A DNA stretch of 64,000 bases from an uncultured Eubacteriales bacterium (GTDB lineage Bacteria > Bacillota > Clostridia > Oscillospirales > Acutalibacteraceae), in contig CAOUJG010000005.1 of assembly GCA_948537335.1 (NCBI GenBank), positions 2,580 to 66,579 of the forward strand. Reading direction: 5' to 3'. Under the pieces are notes generated by a model. It was not told the DNA's origin. It made no database searches and saw nothing but the letters and a program-made list of their open reading frames with translations. A program made the position numbers and the translations under genes. Positions 8,570-18,016 of this stretch are shown piece after piece. How positions within the stretch are numbered: the stretch's first letter is position 1; the number at the start of each line of letters is the position of its first letter.

Positions 8570-10819
8570 TTGGCATCAAAGAAAAAAGATTTTTCAAAGG
8601 ATATAAATGGGAATGGTGGCCGGACGCACGGAGTAATTAACGGTGCGGGCGAAATTGTGGAGCAAAAAATTGCGAGTACGCTGGAGAAAAACTATATGCC
8701 GTACGCGATGAGTGTGATTTTGTCGCGGGCCATCCCGCAGATAGATGGCTTTAAGCCGTCGCATCGTAAGTTGCTCTACACAATGTACAAGATGGGGCTT
8801 TTGGGCTCGGCCAGGACTAAGTCGGCGAATATAGTGGGGCAAACGATGAAGCTCAACCCGCACGGAGACAGCGCGATTTATGATACCATGGTGCGTCTGA
8901 GTCGCGGCTATGAGGCCTTGTTGCACCCGTATGTGGATTCTAAGGGAAATTTTGGTAAATTTTATTCTAGAGACATGATGTGCGCAGCTTCGCGATACAC
9001 CGAGGCGCGGCTTGACGACATCTGTGAGGAGCTTTTTAAGGATATCGACAAGGACACCGTCGATTTTGTGGACAACTATGATAACACGCAAAAGGAGCCG
9101 ACCCTGTTGCCGGCGAGCTTTCCGTCGATCTTGGTGAATGCGAATACGGGGATAGCCGTAGGCATGGCAAGCTCGATTTGTCCCTTCAATCTGCGAGAGG
9201 TCTGTAAAGCGACGACAATGCTGATTAAAGACCCGGAAGCGGATATAAGCAAAGTGCTTCTGGCGCCCGACTTTACCGGCGGAGGCAGCATAATTTACGA
9301 CGAAAAGGCCATGGCCGAGATTTACAAAACGGGACGCGGCAGCATAAAGGTGCGCGCGCGGTATACTTACGACAAAGCGCAGAACTGCATTGACATTAGC
9401 AGCATTCCGCCCACCACAACCTCAGAAGCGATCATCGAAAAGATCATTGATCTTGTGAAAAAGGGCAGCGTGAGGGAAATCTCGGACATCCGCGATGAAA
9501 CGGGAATAGAAGGCCTGAAGATAACGATCGACCTAAAACGGGGAACAGACGCAGAAAAACTCATGCAAAAGCTGTACAGAATGACGCCGCTTGAGGATTC
9601 GTTCTCGTGCAACTTCAATGTGCTGATAAACGCCACGCCACGAGTGCTGGGAGTAAGAGCGCTACTTTGCGAGTGGATTGCCTTTAGAACGGAGTGCGTG
9701 CGCCGCAGAACGCAGTTTGATCTTCATAAGCAGAAAAGCAAGATGCACCTACTGGCGGGCCTCAAGAAGATTCTTGTGGACATAGACAAGGCGATAAAAA
9801 TCATCCGAAACACGAAGGAAGAATCGATGGTGGTGCCCAACTTGATGCAGGGTTTCGACATCGACGAGGTGCAGGCAGACTACGTGGCGGAGATAAAGCT
9901 GCGGCACTTGAACCGAGAGTACATCCTGAAGCGGACGGACGAAATCGAGCGGCTAAAGGAGCTAATCAAAGATTTAGAGTCGATTTTGAACGACGACAAA
10001 AAAATAAAGGAAATAATCGCGCAAGAATTAAAAAATATTGCAGAAAAGTATGGCAAACCGAGGAAAACTATGCTAATATACAAGGAGGACGTGGCCGAGG
10101 CTGACGTGGAGGAAGAAGTGCCGGATTATCCAGTGCACCTGTTCTTTACGAAGCACCAGTATTTCAAGAAGATCACGCCGCAGTCCTTGCGGATGAGCAG
10201 CGATCAGAAGCTAAAAGACGGGGACGAAATCCTGCAGACCATCGAAGCGAACAATAATTTTGATTTGCTATTTTTTACGGATAGGCAGCAGGTCTATAAG
10301 GCAAAGGTTGCGGATTTTGCGGATTCGAAGGCGAGCGTGCTTGGAGAATTTGTGCCGGCCAAGCTAGAGATGGAGCCGGATGAATCGGCCTTGTGCATGA
10401 TTGCAACACAGAATTATGCAGGATGCGTGCTGTTCTTTTTTGAAAACGGCAAGGTCGCCAAGGTGACACTCGAGGCCTACAAAACCAAGACGAACAGAAA
10501 AAAGCTGGTCAAGGCTTATTCGGATAAATCGCGCGTTGTGGAGATTAAGTACTTGGGCGAGGAAAAAGATTTTGTGGTGACTTCGTCGGCAGGGCGGGCG
10601 TTGGTCTTTAACACGAGCATGCTTAACGCTAAGACAACGAAGTCGACGCAGGGCGTCTCGGTAATGAGCCTGAGAAAGGGGCACCGCGTTGTTGCCGCAA
10701 AGGAGCTTGACCCAAAGAGCTTAACGGACGTTGCGAGGTATTATCGGCCAAAGAACTTACCCGCCGCGGGAACGGTGCCGAATTCAAGTGTGGACGGGCC
10801 AGAGCAGCTGACACTGTGA
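8570..10819 (+). CDS. Type IIA DNA topoisomerase subunit A (ParC/GyrA-like)
   Basis: 'IDGFKPSHRKLLY' and the active-site region 'AASRYTEARL'. The TTG start lies 7 nt after GGAGGTG. At 749 aa it is shorter than typical GyrA. Confidence 0.9.
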   Translation: MASKKKDFSKDINGNGGRTHGVINGAGEIVEQKIASTLEKNYMPYAMSVILSRAIPQIDGFKPSHRKLLYTMYKMGLLGSARTKSANIVGQTMKLNPHGDSAIYDTMVRLSRGYEALLHPYVDSKGNFGKFYSRDMMCAASRYTEARLDDICEELFKDIDKDTVDFVDNYDNTQKEPTLLPASFPSILVNANTGIAVGMASSICPFNLREVCKATTMLIKDPEADISKVLLAPDFTGGGSIIYDEKAMAEIYKTGRGSIKVRARYTYDKAQNCIDISSIPPTTTSEAIIEKIIDLVKKGSVREISDIRDETGIEGLKITIDLKRGTDAEKLMQKLYRMTPLEDSFSCNFNVLINATPRVLGVRALLCEWIAFRTECVRRRTQFDLHKQKSKMHLLAGLKKILVDIDKAIKIIRNTKEESMVVPNLMQGFDIDEVQADYVAEIKLRHLNREYILKRTDEIERLKELIKDLESILNDDKKIKEIIAQELKNIAEKYGKPRKTMLIYKEDVAEADVEEEVPDYPVHLFFTKHQYFKKITPQSLRMSSDQKLKDGDEILQTIEANNNFDLLFFTDRQQVYKAKVADFADSKASVLGEFVPAKLEMEPDESALCMIATQNYAGCVLFFFENGKVAKVTLEAYKTKTNRKKLVKAYSDKSRVVEIKYLGEEKDFVVTSSAGRALVFNTSMLNAKTTKSTQGVSVMSLRKGHRVVAAKELDPKSLTDVARYYRPKNLPAAGTVPNSSVDGPEQLTL

Positions 10820-10854
10820 TTATAATTTTGTAAAAAACGAAGGAGAATAGAACT

Positions 10855-11232
10855 ATGGGTATCAAAAAAGACTGGATGGAGCGGCAAATAGAGGCGATTG
10901 CTAACACGTTTGCGGCGATTCTTTTTGGAAAAGACAAGGTGAAGACGATTTTGGACGTGGACGAGGATGAAGATTCCGCAACGGAGCTGGAAGACGACAT
11001 CTTAGAGAGAATGGCAAAAAAGCTGATAGCGGATAAAAACTTTAACAAGGCGGAGAGGCTGATTTTTGACGGTCTGGACAAGCAAAAAACGGCCAGACGC
11101 TTTGAATTGGCGCTGAACTTTTTTAATGAAGCGCATGAATTCGGTGATGAAACCTTGGCAAAGTACGATTACTCGCACGATAAAATCGAAAAAGGCATAG
11201 AAAGACTAAAGGTTTTGTATAACATGGACTAA
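10855..11232 (+). CDS. Hypothetical acidic helical protein (125 aa)
   Basis: Good RBS (GAAGGAGAA) and an acidic central stretch 'DVDEDEDSATELEDD'. I recognise no motif. Confidence 0.5.
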   Translation: MGIKKDWMERQIEAIANTFAAILFGKDKVKTILDVDEDEDSATELEDDILERMAKKLIADKNFNKAERLIFDGLDKQKTARRFELALNFFNEAHEFGDETLAKYDYSHDKIEKGIERLKVLYNMD

Positions 11233-11264
11233 TCAAACAAAATTGAATAAATAGCCAAATTTTA

Positions 11265-11292
11265 TTGACAATTAATGGGAAAGATATATAAT
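11265..11292 (+). promoter_or_regulatory. Sigma-A type promoter upstream of the thioesterase gene
   Basis: TTGACA (11265-11270), a 16-nt spacer, then TATAAT (11287-11292). Confidence 0.55.
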
Positions 11293-11353
11293 AATTGCGT
11301 TTGAGCTGATTTATGAAATATTTTGACGGCCAGGTGGACGTATTTATGCGCGT

Positions 11354-11758
11354 TTGGGGGAATTTTTTTTGTTAACATTGGGGACAAAAGGGGAGCTAGA
11401 CTACACTGTTCAAAAAAAGGACACTTATAAATCGCAGGAGTTGGGGAATTTGGATGTTTTGTCGACTTCTTCGATGATCTATTTTATGGAGTCCACCGCG
11501 TGCAAAAGCTTGGAGGACCACTTAGAAAAAGGCCTCACCACTGTGGGGAGGTCCATGAATATTCAGCATTTTTGCGCCACCCCGGTGGGAACGCAGGTGA
11601 AGTTTGAATCGGAACTTGTGAAGATCGACGGCAAATTCTTGACGTTTGAAATCACGGCCAAAGACCCGTTCGGCGTGATGGGAGCTGGAGTTCACGAGCG
11701 CACAATCGTGGATAGCCAATATTTAACAATGAAGGCTTTCGTAAAAAAGGTGGAATAG
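11354..11758 (+). CDS. Hotdog-fold thioesterase family protein
   Basis: The pattern 'LGTKGE..YTV...TTVGRSMNIQHFCATPVG..V..E.ELVKIDGKFLTFEI.A.D..G..G.G.HER.IV' is typical of small hotdog thioesterases. The start is uncertain, with several TTG candidates. Confidence 0.65.
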   Translation: MGEFFLLTLGTKGELDYTVQKKDTYKSQELGNLDVLSTSSMIYFMESTACKSLEDHLEKGLTTVGRSMNIQHFCATPVGTQVKFESELVKIDGKFLTFEITAKDPFGVMGAGVHERTIVDSQYLTMKAFVKKVE

Positions 11759-11791
11759 CTTGCGCAAAATTGATTTGTGGAGGCGAGTCTG

Positions 11792-12325
11792 ATGGGCTTT
11801 TTAGCGGTAATTTTCTTGATTTTGCTGTTCGTGCTGTTTTTGTTTTCTTTTTGGCTAAAAAATGGTGTAAAGGCGCTAAATGCCCGGCGTGAACCCAAGG
11901 AACTGAAGTTTGGAAGCGGCAAAAAGTCCGCTCTGGTGGTTTATCAGCCGACGAAACACGGAGCAGAGGCCGAATTAACGGTGGCACTTGCTGATTATTT
12001 AGCGAAAAATGGCTACACAGTCACGGTGAATTACCCCTCGCACGAGCTTAAATATATTTTGAGCGAATATGATCTGTTGGCGTTTGGCTCTGGTGTGTGC
12101 GTTGGCCGAGTGTCGCCGATTTTGAGCGAATACATAATGACGCACCCGTTTAAAAACAAGAAAGTTTTGGTGTACACGGTGGGCCGGAATGCCGGGGATC
12201 TTACAGATTTAAACGAGCTGAAAATCTTGATTGATGTGCAAAATAACGAGGTCCACGCAATAAAAGTGAGCAAAGGGCAAGAGGCCGAGCTTACCGGATT
12301 TGTCCACAATTTGATTAATAATTAA
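11792..12325 (+). CDS. Flavodoxin-like fold protein with an N-terminal TM helix
   Basis: A TM segment is followed by 'ALVVYQPTKHGAE...DLLAFGSGV', which resembles flavodoxin-domain proteins. ATG 11792 lies 8 nt after GGAGG. Confidence 0.5.
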   Translation: MGFLAVIFLILLFVLFLFSFWLKNGVKALNARREPKELKFGSGKKSALVVYQPTKHGAEAELTVALADYLAKNGYTVTVNYPSHELKYILSEYDLLAFGSGVCVGRVSPILSEYIMTHPFKNKKVLVYTVGRNAGDLTDLNELKILIDVQNNEVHAIKVSKGQEAELTGFVHNLINN

Positions 12326-12344
12326 ATAAATTTCTGTAAAAGAA

Positions 12345-12386
12345 AATACCCCAGATGTCGCAACACAGGGCGGCAACCGGGGTATT
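12345..12386. terminator. Bidirectional hairpin between the flavodoxin-like gene and argS
   Basis: AATACCCC (12345-12352) pairs with GGGGTATT (12379-12386), and there are T-rich runs on both strands. Confidence 0.5.
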
Positions 12387-12398
12387 AATTTTGAAAAC

Positions 12399-14096
12399 CT
12401 ACATGCTTTCGGGCACGCTGATTTTAAGCATATTCAAAACGTTGCTAATGACGGTCTTCACGCAGACGCATAGGCTAATCCGCGCGAACATCAAGGGCTC
12501 GTCGTCGCAATTAACGCGGCAAGAGTTGTAAAATTTATGAAACAGAGTGGCCAAGGCGATCACATAGCGCGTGATGCGGGTCGGATCGTAACTTTTAGCA
12601 GAGTCAACGATCTCACCGGTGTACATGGCTAAATGCCGGATCAAATCGCGCTCTTCCGGGGTGTCAAGCAAAGAAAGTTCTGTCAAAGAGCAAGCCCGAG
12701 GCCGAATATTCTCCTTTTCAAGCGCCCGCAAAATGCTGCAAATCCGGGCGTGCGCGTACTGCACGTAGTAAACGGGGTTTTGAGCATCCTCTTTGACCGC
12801 CAAATCGAGGTCGAAGTCCATCTGAGTGTTGGCCTCGCGCATGTTAAAAATGAACCTGGCCGAGTCCACCGAGACTTCGTCCAAAAGGTCGGCGAGCTGA
12901 ATGGCCTTGCCGGTGCGCTTGCTCATGCGGACGACCTGACCGTCCTTAACGAGCTTCACAAGCTGCATCAAAATGACCTCCAGATTATTTCCATCCAGGC
13001 CAATAGCGTCCATAGCGCCCTTGACGCGCGCGACATGCCCGTGGTGATCGGCGCCCCAGATGTCGATGCAAAGATCAAAGCCGCGCTTAACGAATTTGTT
13101 GCGGTGATAAGCGATATCGGCGGCGAAATAGGTGGGGTTACCGTTTTGGCGGACCAAAACTTCGTCCTTCTCGGAGCCAAACTTAGTCGCCTTGTACCAC
13201 AAAGCGCCGTCGAGCTCATAAGTCATGCCGTTATTCTTCAAAATCTCGATAGTCTCGGTAATCTCGCCGTTGTTGTGCAGGTCGCTCTCGTGGAACCACT
13301 TGTCAAAAACGATGCGGTATTTCTCGAGGTCAACCATCATCTTAGTGATGTTCTTCGGCAGCGCAAAGTCAATCAACGCCTGCTGACGGATGGCCGGGTC
13401 GACGTTCAAGTAGCTGTCGCCGTTTAAATCGATAAATTCCTGTGCCAAATCCTTAATATCCTCACCGTGATAGCTATCCTCGGGCAGCGGGTGATTTTTC
13501 TCGCCGTCAAGAAGCTGCAAATAGCGCACCTCTAAGGACATCCCAAACTTGTCAATCTGATTCCCCGCGTCATTTATATAAAACTCGCGCCAAACATCAA
13601 AGCCAGCCGCATCCAAAACCGCAGCCAAGCAGTCTCCCAAAGCGCCACCACGAGCATTTCCCATGTGCATGGGGCCGGTGGGGTTCGCCGAGACAAACTC
13701 AACCATAACCTTCTTGCCACGCCCAAAGTCAGAACGGCCGTAGTCAGCGCCAAGCGCCAAAATATCGTTCACAACAGAAGCGTAAAATTCTTTAGCAAAG
13801 AAAAAGTTGATAAACCCAGGCCCGGCAATCTCGAACCGGTCAAAAAGACTATCGCTCAAATCCAAGTTCTGACCGATAATCTCCGCAATTTTAATGGGTG
13901 CCATACCAAATTTCTTGGCATTCACCATAGCAACATTAGAAGAAAAGTCCCCGTTTTTGCGGTCAGCAGGAGTCTCCACATTAACGCAAATGGCCTCATA
14001 AACAGGCGGCAAAGCCTCACTCTTAACAGCCGCGTCAATAGCAGCGCCAATAATCCTCTTCAAATCGTCAATAGCCCCAAACACGATCTTAGACAT
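12399..14096 (-). CDS. argS: Arginine--tRNA ligase
   Basis: 'SANPTGPMHMGNARGG' (HIGH region) and 'VRMSKRTGK' (KMSKS region). I used the start at MSKIVFG (14096); the longer ORF-track start overlaps the upstream gene. Confidence 0.9.
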   Translation of the reverse strand: MSKIVFGAIDDLKRIIGAAIDAAVKSEALPPVYEAICVNVETPADRKNGDFSSNVAMVNAKKFGMAPIKIAEIIGQNLDLSDSLFDRFEIAGPGFINFFFAKEFYASVVNDILALGADYGRSDFGRGKKVMVEFVSANPTGPMHMGNARGGALGDCLAAVLDAAGFDVWREFYINDAGNQIDKFGMSLEVRYLQLLDGEKNHPLPEDSYHGEDIKDLAQEFIDLNGDSYLNVDPAIRQQALIDFALPKNITKMMVDLEKYRIVFDKWFHESDLHNNGEITETIEILKNNGMTYELDGALWYKATKFGSEKDEVLVRQNGNPTYFAADIAYHRNKFVKRGFDLCIDIWGADHHGHVARVKGAMDAIGLDGNNLEVILMQLVKLVKDGQVVRMSKRTGKAIQLADLLDEVSVDSARFIFNMREANTQMDFDLDLAVKEDAQNPVYYVQYAHARICSILRALEKENIRPRACSLTELSLLDTPEERDLIRHLAMYTGEIVDSAKSYDPTRITRYVIALATLFHKFYNSCRVNCDDEPLMFARISLCVCVKTVISNVLNMLKISVPESM

Positions 14097-14532
14097 CCCC
14101 GTCATCCTCCTTAACATCCACAACAATTTCGTTCTCGCTAAAAGCCGCGCCGCCGGAGTCCAAAGCGTAACGAATAGCAATACGGCAACGACCATCACCA
14201 AAATCGCAAGCCAAATCATGCGCCAAAACGCCCAAATCAAAGCTCCCAGCCTCGGTAAAATAAGTGCAAACATGGCGAGCGTTTTTCTCAAATATAAGTT
14301 TAACCGATTGCACGCCGTTTCGCAATACACAAACAGAGCCCGGACCCAAAACCTTGATGGTGCAGGCAGTCCGGCAGCCGTCAGTGACCTCGTCGTAAGA
14401 AATATCCGCCGCCCCAAGCGCAGAGTCAACACAGCAGCGGCACGGAGCCGAAAACTCAAATTCCTCAACTTGTCCATTGCAGGCCTGGCGGCTAAAAACA
14501 GACACAACCGGATTCTTGTACTGCCGCAGCAT
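14089..14532 (-). CDS. DUF1934 (YwiB-like) beta-barrel protein
   Basis: It lies immediately upstream of argS, overlapping it by 8 nt, as in many Firmicutes. Its length and sequence pattern are consistent with DUF1934. The start at MLRQYKN is 5 nt after the murI stop. Confidence 0.6.
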   Translation of the reverse strand: MLRQYKNPVVSVFSRQACNGQVEEFEFSAPCRCCVDSALGAADISYDEVTDGCRTACTIKVLGPGSVCVLRNGVQSVKLIFEKNARHVCTYFTEAGSFDLGVLAHDLACDFGDGRCRIAIRYALDSGGAAFSENEIVVDVKEDDGDV

Positions 14533-14536
14533 CGGA

Positions 14537-15379
14537 TTATGTAAACCTCTCGCTAAAAGAGGCCGGCGAGTACTTCTCAATATCGACCATTTTAACCTTC
14601 GAAGTGACGTTCTGCTGCAGAAAAAGTTCGGCATTTTTCGAAAAACTGCTCACAGTGTCGCTAACATAAAAAGTACACGAGCCAGAAGTCTTGCGCTCGG
14701 CCAAGTTCTCGGAAAACCGAAGGATATTCGCGGCAAAAACGGCGGCTTCTCGACCAGAGTCAACCAAGCGAACCTCCGGACCAATGACTCTAGAGATGAT
14801 CTCGCTGATGATGGGGTAGTGAGTGCAGCCAAAAATCAAAGTGTCGATCTTCTTGTTGCGAAGCCCCGCAAGATACTTCTCGGCAATAATCAAAGTGGCC
14901 TGATTGTCGCTCTCAATAAAGCCGTTCTCGACCAAAGGCACAAACAAAGGGCAGTCCTGCTCAAAAATCTGAAAATGCGGATTAATCTTAAGCAGCTCGC
15001 GCCGATACGCACCGCTTTTAATAGTCGCCGTAGTACCAATAATCCCGATCCGGTTGTTTCGAGTAACGTTGGCAGCAGCAGTGGCGGTAGGTTTAACCAC
15101 GCCGGTAAACGGAACGTCAATTTTCACCGCGCTCTCATCAAGAGTAGAACTGACCGTGCCGCATGCTGCCAAGATCATCTTAACGTCCAAAGACTTCAAA
15201 AACTCGATATCCTGCAAAGCGTACTTCAAAATAGTCTTCTGGCTCTTGTCGCCGTAGGGCACGCGCCCAGTGTCGCCAAAATAAACAATATTCTCGTGCG
15301 GCAAAACCTTCAAAAGCTCCTTAACCGCAGTCAGGCCGCCAAGTCCAGAGTCAAAAACACCAATAGCTTTATTATTCAT
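14537..15379 (-). CDS. murI: Glutamate racemase
   Basis: 'FDSGLGGLT' and 'FGCTHYP' motifs. Confidence 0.9.
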   Translation of the reverse strand: MNNKAIGVFDSGLGGLTAVKELLKVLPHENIVYFGDTGRVPYGDKSQKTILKYALQDIEFLKSLDVKMILAACGTVSSTLDESAVKIDVPFTGVVKPTATAAANVTRNNRIGIIGTTATIKSGAYRRELLKINPHFQIFEQDCPLFVPLVENGFIESDNQATLIIAEKYLAGLRNKKIDTLIFGCTHYPIISEIISRVIGPEVRLVDSGREAAVFAANILRFSENLAERKTSGSCTFYVSDTVSSFSKNAELFLQQNVTSKVKMVDIEKYSPASFSERFT

Positions 15380-16457
15380 CCAAGTTTGCCCTCTTTAAAG
15401 CCAGATTAATCAGCCGGTCAATAAGCTCCGCAAACGGGATTCCAGTGCGCTCAAAGAGTTTAGGGTACATACTAATAGAAGTAAAGCCGGGGAAAGTGTT
15501 TATCTCATTTAAATAAACCTCATTGCTGCCGCGCTCAACAAAAAAGTCAACACGAGCAAGCCCAGAGCAGCTCATGGTTTTGTAGGCTTTTATTGCAATT
15601 TCACGAATACGCTTAGAGACCTCATCGCCGATGTGGGCGGGGATGTAGAGCTTAGAATTGTCGTTAATATACTTGGCTTCGTAGTCGTAAATTTCGTTTG
15701 CAGAAACAATCTCGCCCACAATGGAGGCAATCGGGCTTTCGTCCCCCAAAACAGCGCATTCAACTTCTTGCCCAACAATGGCCTCCTCAACCAAAACGCG
15801 GTCGTCCTCGTTAAGAGCCGTCTTTATAGCGCCAGACAAGCCCTCGCGCGAGGTAACCTTGGTAACACCAACAGAAGATCCCGCATTAGAGGGCTTAACA
15901 AAAACCGGGTAACCCGGCAAAGTCTTCTCAACGTGGTCAAGACAGCGCTCGGCGTCCTCATTAAAGTCGTTCTTAGTAAAAAAAGCAAACCTAGCCTTCT
16001 TGACGCCGGCAAAGCCCAAAATAATGTTCGTGCAAATTTTATCCATGCAAGTGGCGGAGGAAAGCAAGTCGCAGCCCACAAAAGGAATCTTGGCAAGCTG
16101 AAAAAGCCCCTGAATAGTGCCGTCCTCACCGTTTTTGCCGTGTAAAACAGGTATGATAACGTCGACTTTTAAAGTGGAGTATTGGCCGTCGGCAAGAACA
16201 AAAAGGCCGCCCGTCGAGGCATCTGGCGAGACAAACGCAGCTTTTTTATTTTGAATGTCCTGCTCCCATTCGCCATTCGGAATTTTAGCAACATCGCCGC
16301 TATAAAGGAACCACTCGCCCTTTTTGGTGATGCCAACCAGCAAAATATCGTACTTTTCTCTAGAAATATTCTCTATAATAGCAGTGGCAGAGCGCCGCGA
16401 AACCTCGTGTTCCGAAGAGGCGCCGCCAAACAAAATAGCAACAACTTTTTTCTTCAT
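15372..16457 (-). CDS. ddl: D-alanine--D-alanine ligase
   Basis: 'ILFGGASSEHEVS', and the ATP-grasp C-terminus 'LNEINTFPGFT'. Start at MKKKVVAIL, preceded by GGGAGG. Confidence 0.9.
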   Translation of the reverse strand: MKKKVVAILFGGASSEHEVSRRSATAIIENISREKYDILLVGITKKGEWFLYSGDVAKIPNGEWEQDIQNKKAAFVSPDASTGGLFVLADGQYSTLKVDVIIPVLHGKNGEDGTIQGLFQLAKIPFVGCDLLSSATCMDKICTNIILGFAGVKKARFAFFTKNDFNEDAERCLDHVEKTLPGYPVFVKPSNAGSSVGVTKVTSREGLSGAIKTALNEDDRVLVEEAIVGQEVECAVLGDESPIASIVGEIVSANEIYDYEAKYINDNSKLYIPAHIGDEVSKRIREIAIKAYKTMSCSGLARVDFFVERGSNEVYLNEINTFPGFTSISMYPKLFERTGIPFAELIDRLINLALKRANLDE

Positions 16458-16593
16458 TATAAAAAACCTCCCACAAGTTAATATTACCATATTGGCGCAA
16501 ATGGTTCAATAAAATTAAAAAATTTTTGCGCCGTAGCCAACAATAGAAAAATGTGCTAAAATAGCATTAGAGTATAAATTAGGAGTGACTGTT

Positions 16594-17424
16594 TTGAGGG
16601 ATAAGGCGCTAAAAATCATAGGTGAGAAATTAAGCGAAGTGCTGTCAAAAAGCGGATACAACAAGGTTAAAGCCGAGAATAATGATAGTACATCCATATT
16701 ATTTGCAAAAGAATCGACGGGTAGCGGGTTTGCGGTGAATTTTGAAGAGTCGAAAAATCAGTTCGAGCTTTTGAGCTGTGAAGTAGAGAACGGCAGAATA
16801 TCGCAGGGTTCGGAGAGCAAGGTGCTCTCCACTTGGCTGTTTGACCCGCACTTAGATACCGAAAGAGAAGCCAAGGACATAGCTGCGGACTTTGCAGAAA
16901 CAGTGCGGGGCGCAACAGGCAAGGCTGGTAGTAAGAAGATTGCAAAGAAAAAGAAAAAGGGCGAAGATGAAGATAGCGCAAGCTCGCTGTTTTTGATGAA
17001 TAGGATAGCGAATATCTTTCCGGAGCTAAAAGAGAGCTTGCAGCAGGAGAAGGAAAGCTACGAAAACTTTAGAGGGGTAACCTTTGCGCGAGAAAAGGCA
17101 TTGCCGCTGGTAAAAGAGGTCCTAACGAGCGAGGAGCCCAAAGATAAGTTTAAGAAGTTGTGCACGGTGTTTAGCAATTTGTACGATTCTGGCGACCTGG
17201 ACACAAAAGCCATAATAACCATTGTATTTTTAAATGCGATTGATGACACAACCGCGCGAGAAAACATCGGTGCGGCGGTTAGCAAAGAGCTGCAAATTGC
17301 GATGAAAGAGGCATTTAAGCTAAAAGGAAAAAAGATAAAACCAGAAAAAATAAAGAAAAAATCGACATTTATTTCTGATACACTAAGTGCAGCGCAGGCA
17401 CAGCAAACTCAGCAGAGAAAATAG
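16594..17424 (+). CDS. Hypothetical two-domain protein with a Lys-rich linker
   Basis: The long ORF has coding-like composition and a central 'KKIAKKKKKGEDED'. TTG 16594 lies 8 nt after AGGAG. I recognise no motif. Confidence 0.5.
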   Translation: MRDKALKIIGEKLSEVLSKSGYNKVKAENNDSTSILFAKESTGSGFAVNFEESKNQFELLSCEVENGRISQGSESKVLSTWLFDPHLDTEREAKDIAADFAETVRGATGKAGSKKIAKKKKKGEDEDSASSLFLMNRIANIFPELKESLQQEKESYENFRGVTFAREKALPLVKEVLTSEEPKDKFKKLCTVFSNLYDSGDLDTKAIITIVFLNAIDDTTARENIGAAVSKELQIAMKEAFKLKGKKIKPEKIKKKSTFISDTLSAAQAQQTQQRK

Positions 17425-17483
17425 CCACGCAAAACCCTGAAAACCCGCGCAGTATAAGCTCGCAAAAATATGACAGAAAATAC

Positions 17484-17513
17484 TTGACGAAAACTTGTGA
17501 ATTGTGGTATAGT
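17484..17513 (+). promoter_or_regulatory. Promoter for the rpmG-secE-nusG unit
   Basis: TTGACG (17484-17489), an 18-nt spacer, then an extended -10 TGgTATAGT (-10 at 17508-17513). Confidence 0.55.
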
Positions 17514-17595
17514 ATATTTACCTCTAAATAAAGGCTGTGTTTTTTGTGCTTTTTAGAGGGAGGCTAAAAATTCCGATATACCGGGAGGTGCCGTC

Positions 17596-17745
17596 ATGCG
17601 AGTAAAAATTACATTAGCCTGCACAGAGTGCAAACAGCGCAATTACGATACAATGAAAAATAAAAAAAATGATCCTGACAGGCTTGAAATGAACAAGTAC
17701 TGTAGGTTCTGCAAAAAACATACCTTGCACAAAGAAACAAAGTAA
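17596..17745 (+). CDS. rpmG: 50S ribosomal protein L33 (below the ORF-track size cut-off)
   Basis: Translates to [49 protein letters not shown], with the CxxC...CxxC L33 pattern. GGGAGGTG lies upstream, and its position before secE-nusG is the usual one. Confidence 0.9.
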   Translation: MRVKITLACTECKQRNYDTMKNKKNDPDRLEMNKYCRFCKKHTLHKETK

Positions 17746-17767
17746 ATTTAAAAAGGGGGCCTTTTTT

Positions 17768-17998
17768 ATGGCAAAGAAAGCACATGCAGATGGCAAAGTC
17801 AATGTATTTAAACGAATTGGTAAATTTTTTGTTGATTGCAAAAGCGAGCTAAAAAAAGTAGTTTGGCCAACGATTGGATCCACCTTTAAAGATACTTGGG
17901 TTGTTTTATCATCAATTTTTGTTAGTGCGGTTTTTGTGGGTGCTTTAGATTACCTTTTGACTATGGGATTTGGCACGATTATGCACATTGCCAACTGA
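17768..17998 (+). CDS. secE: Preprotein translocase subunit SecE
   Basis: 'ELKKVVWPT' followed by a single TM helix, in the conserved position between rpmG and nusG. Confidence 0.85.
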   Translation: MAKKAHADGKVNVFKRIGKFFVDCKSELKKVVWPTIGSTFKDTWVVLSSIFVSAVFVGALDYLLTMGFGTIMHIAN

Positions 17999-18016
17999 TG
18001 CGCCTAGGGGGAAGTT

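Noticed and set aside
12633-13427. A 264-aa plus-strand ORF inside argS, and the similar 310-aa ORF at 14477-15409 inside murI
   Set aside because: Both are antisense shadows of well-supported genes, with Arg/Leu/Val-rich nonsense-like products.
14097-14507. The N-terminal 137-aa extension of the argS ORF
   Set aside because: It overlaps the DUF1934 gene in another frame. The argS homology starts at MSKIVFG (14096).
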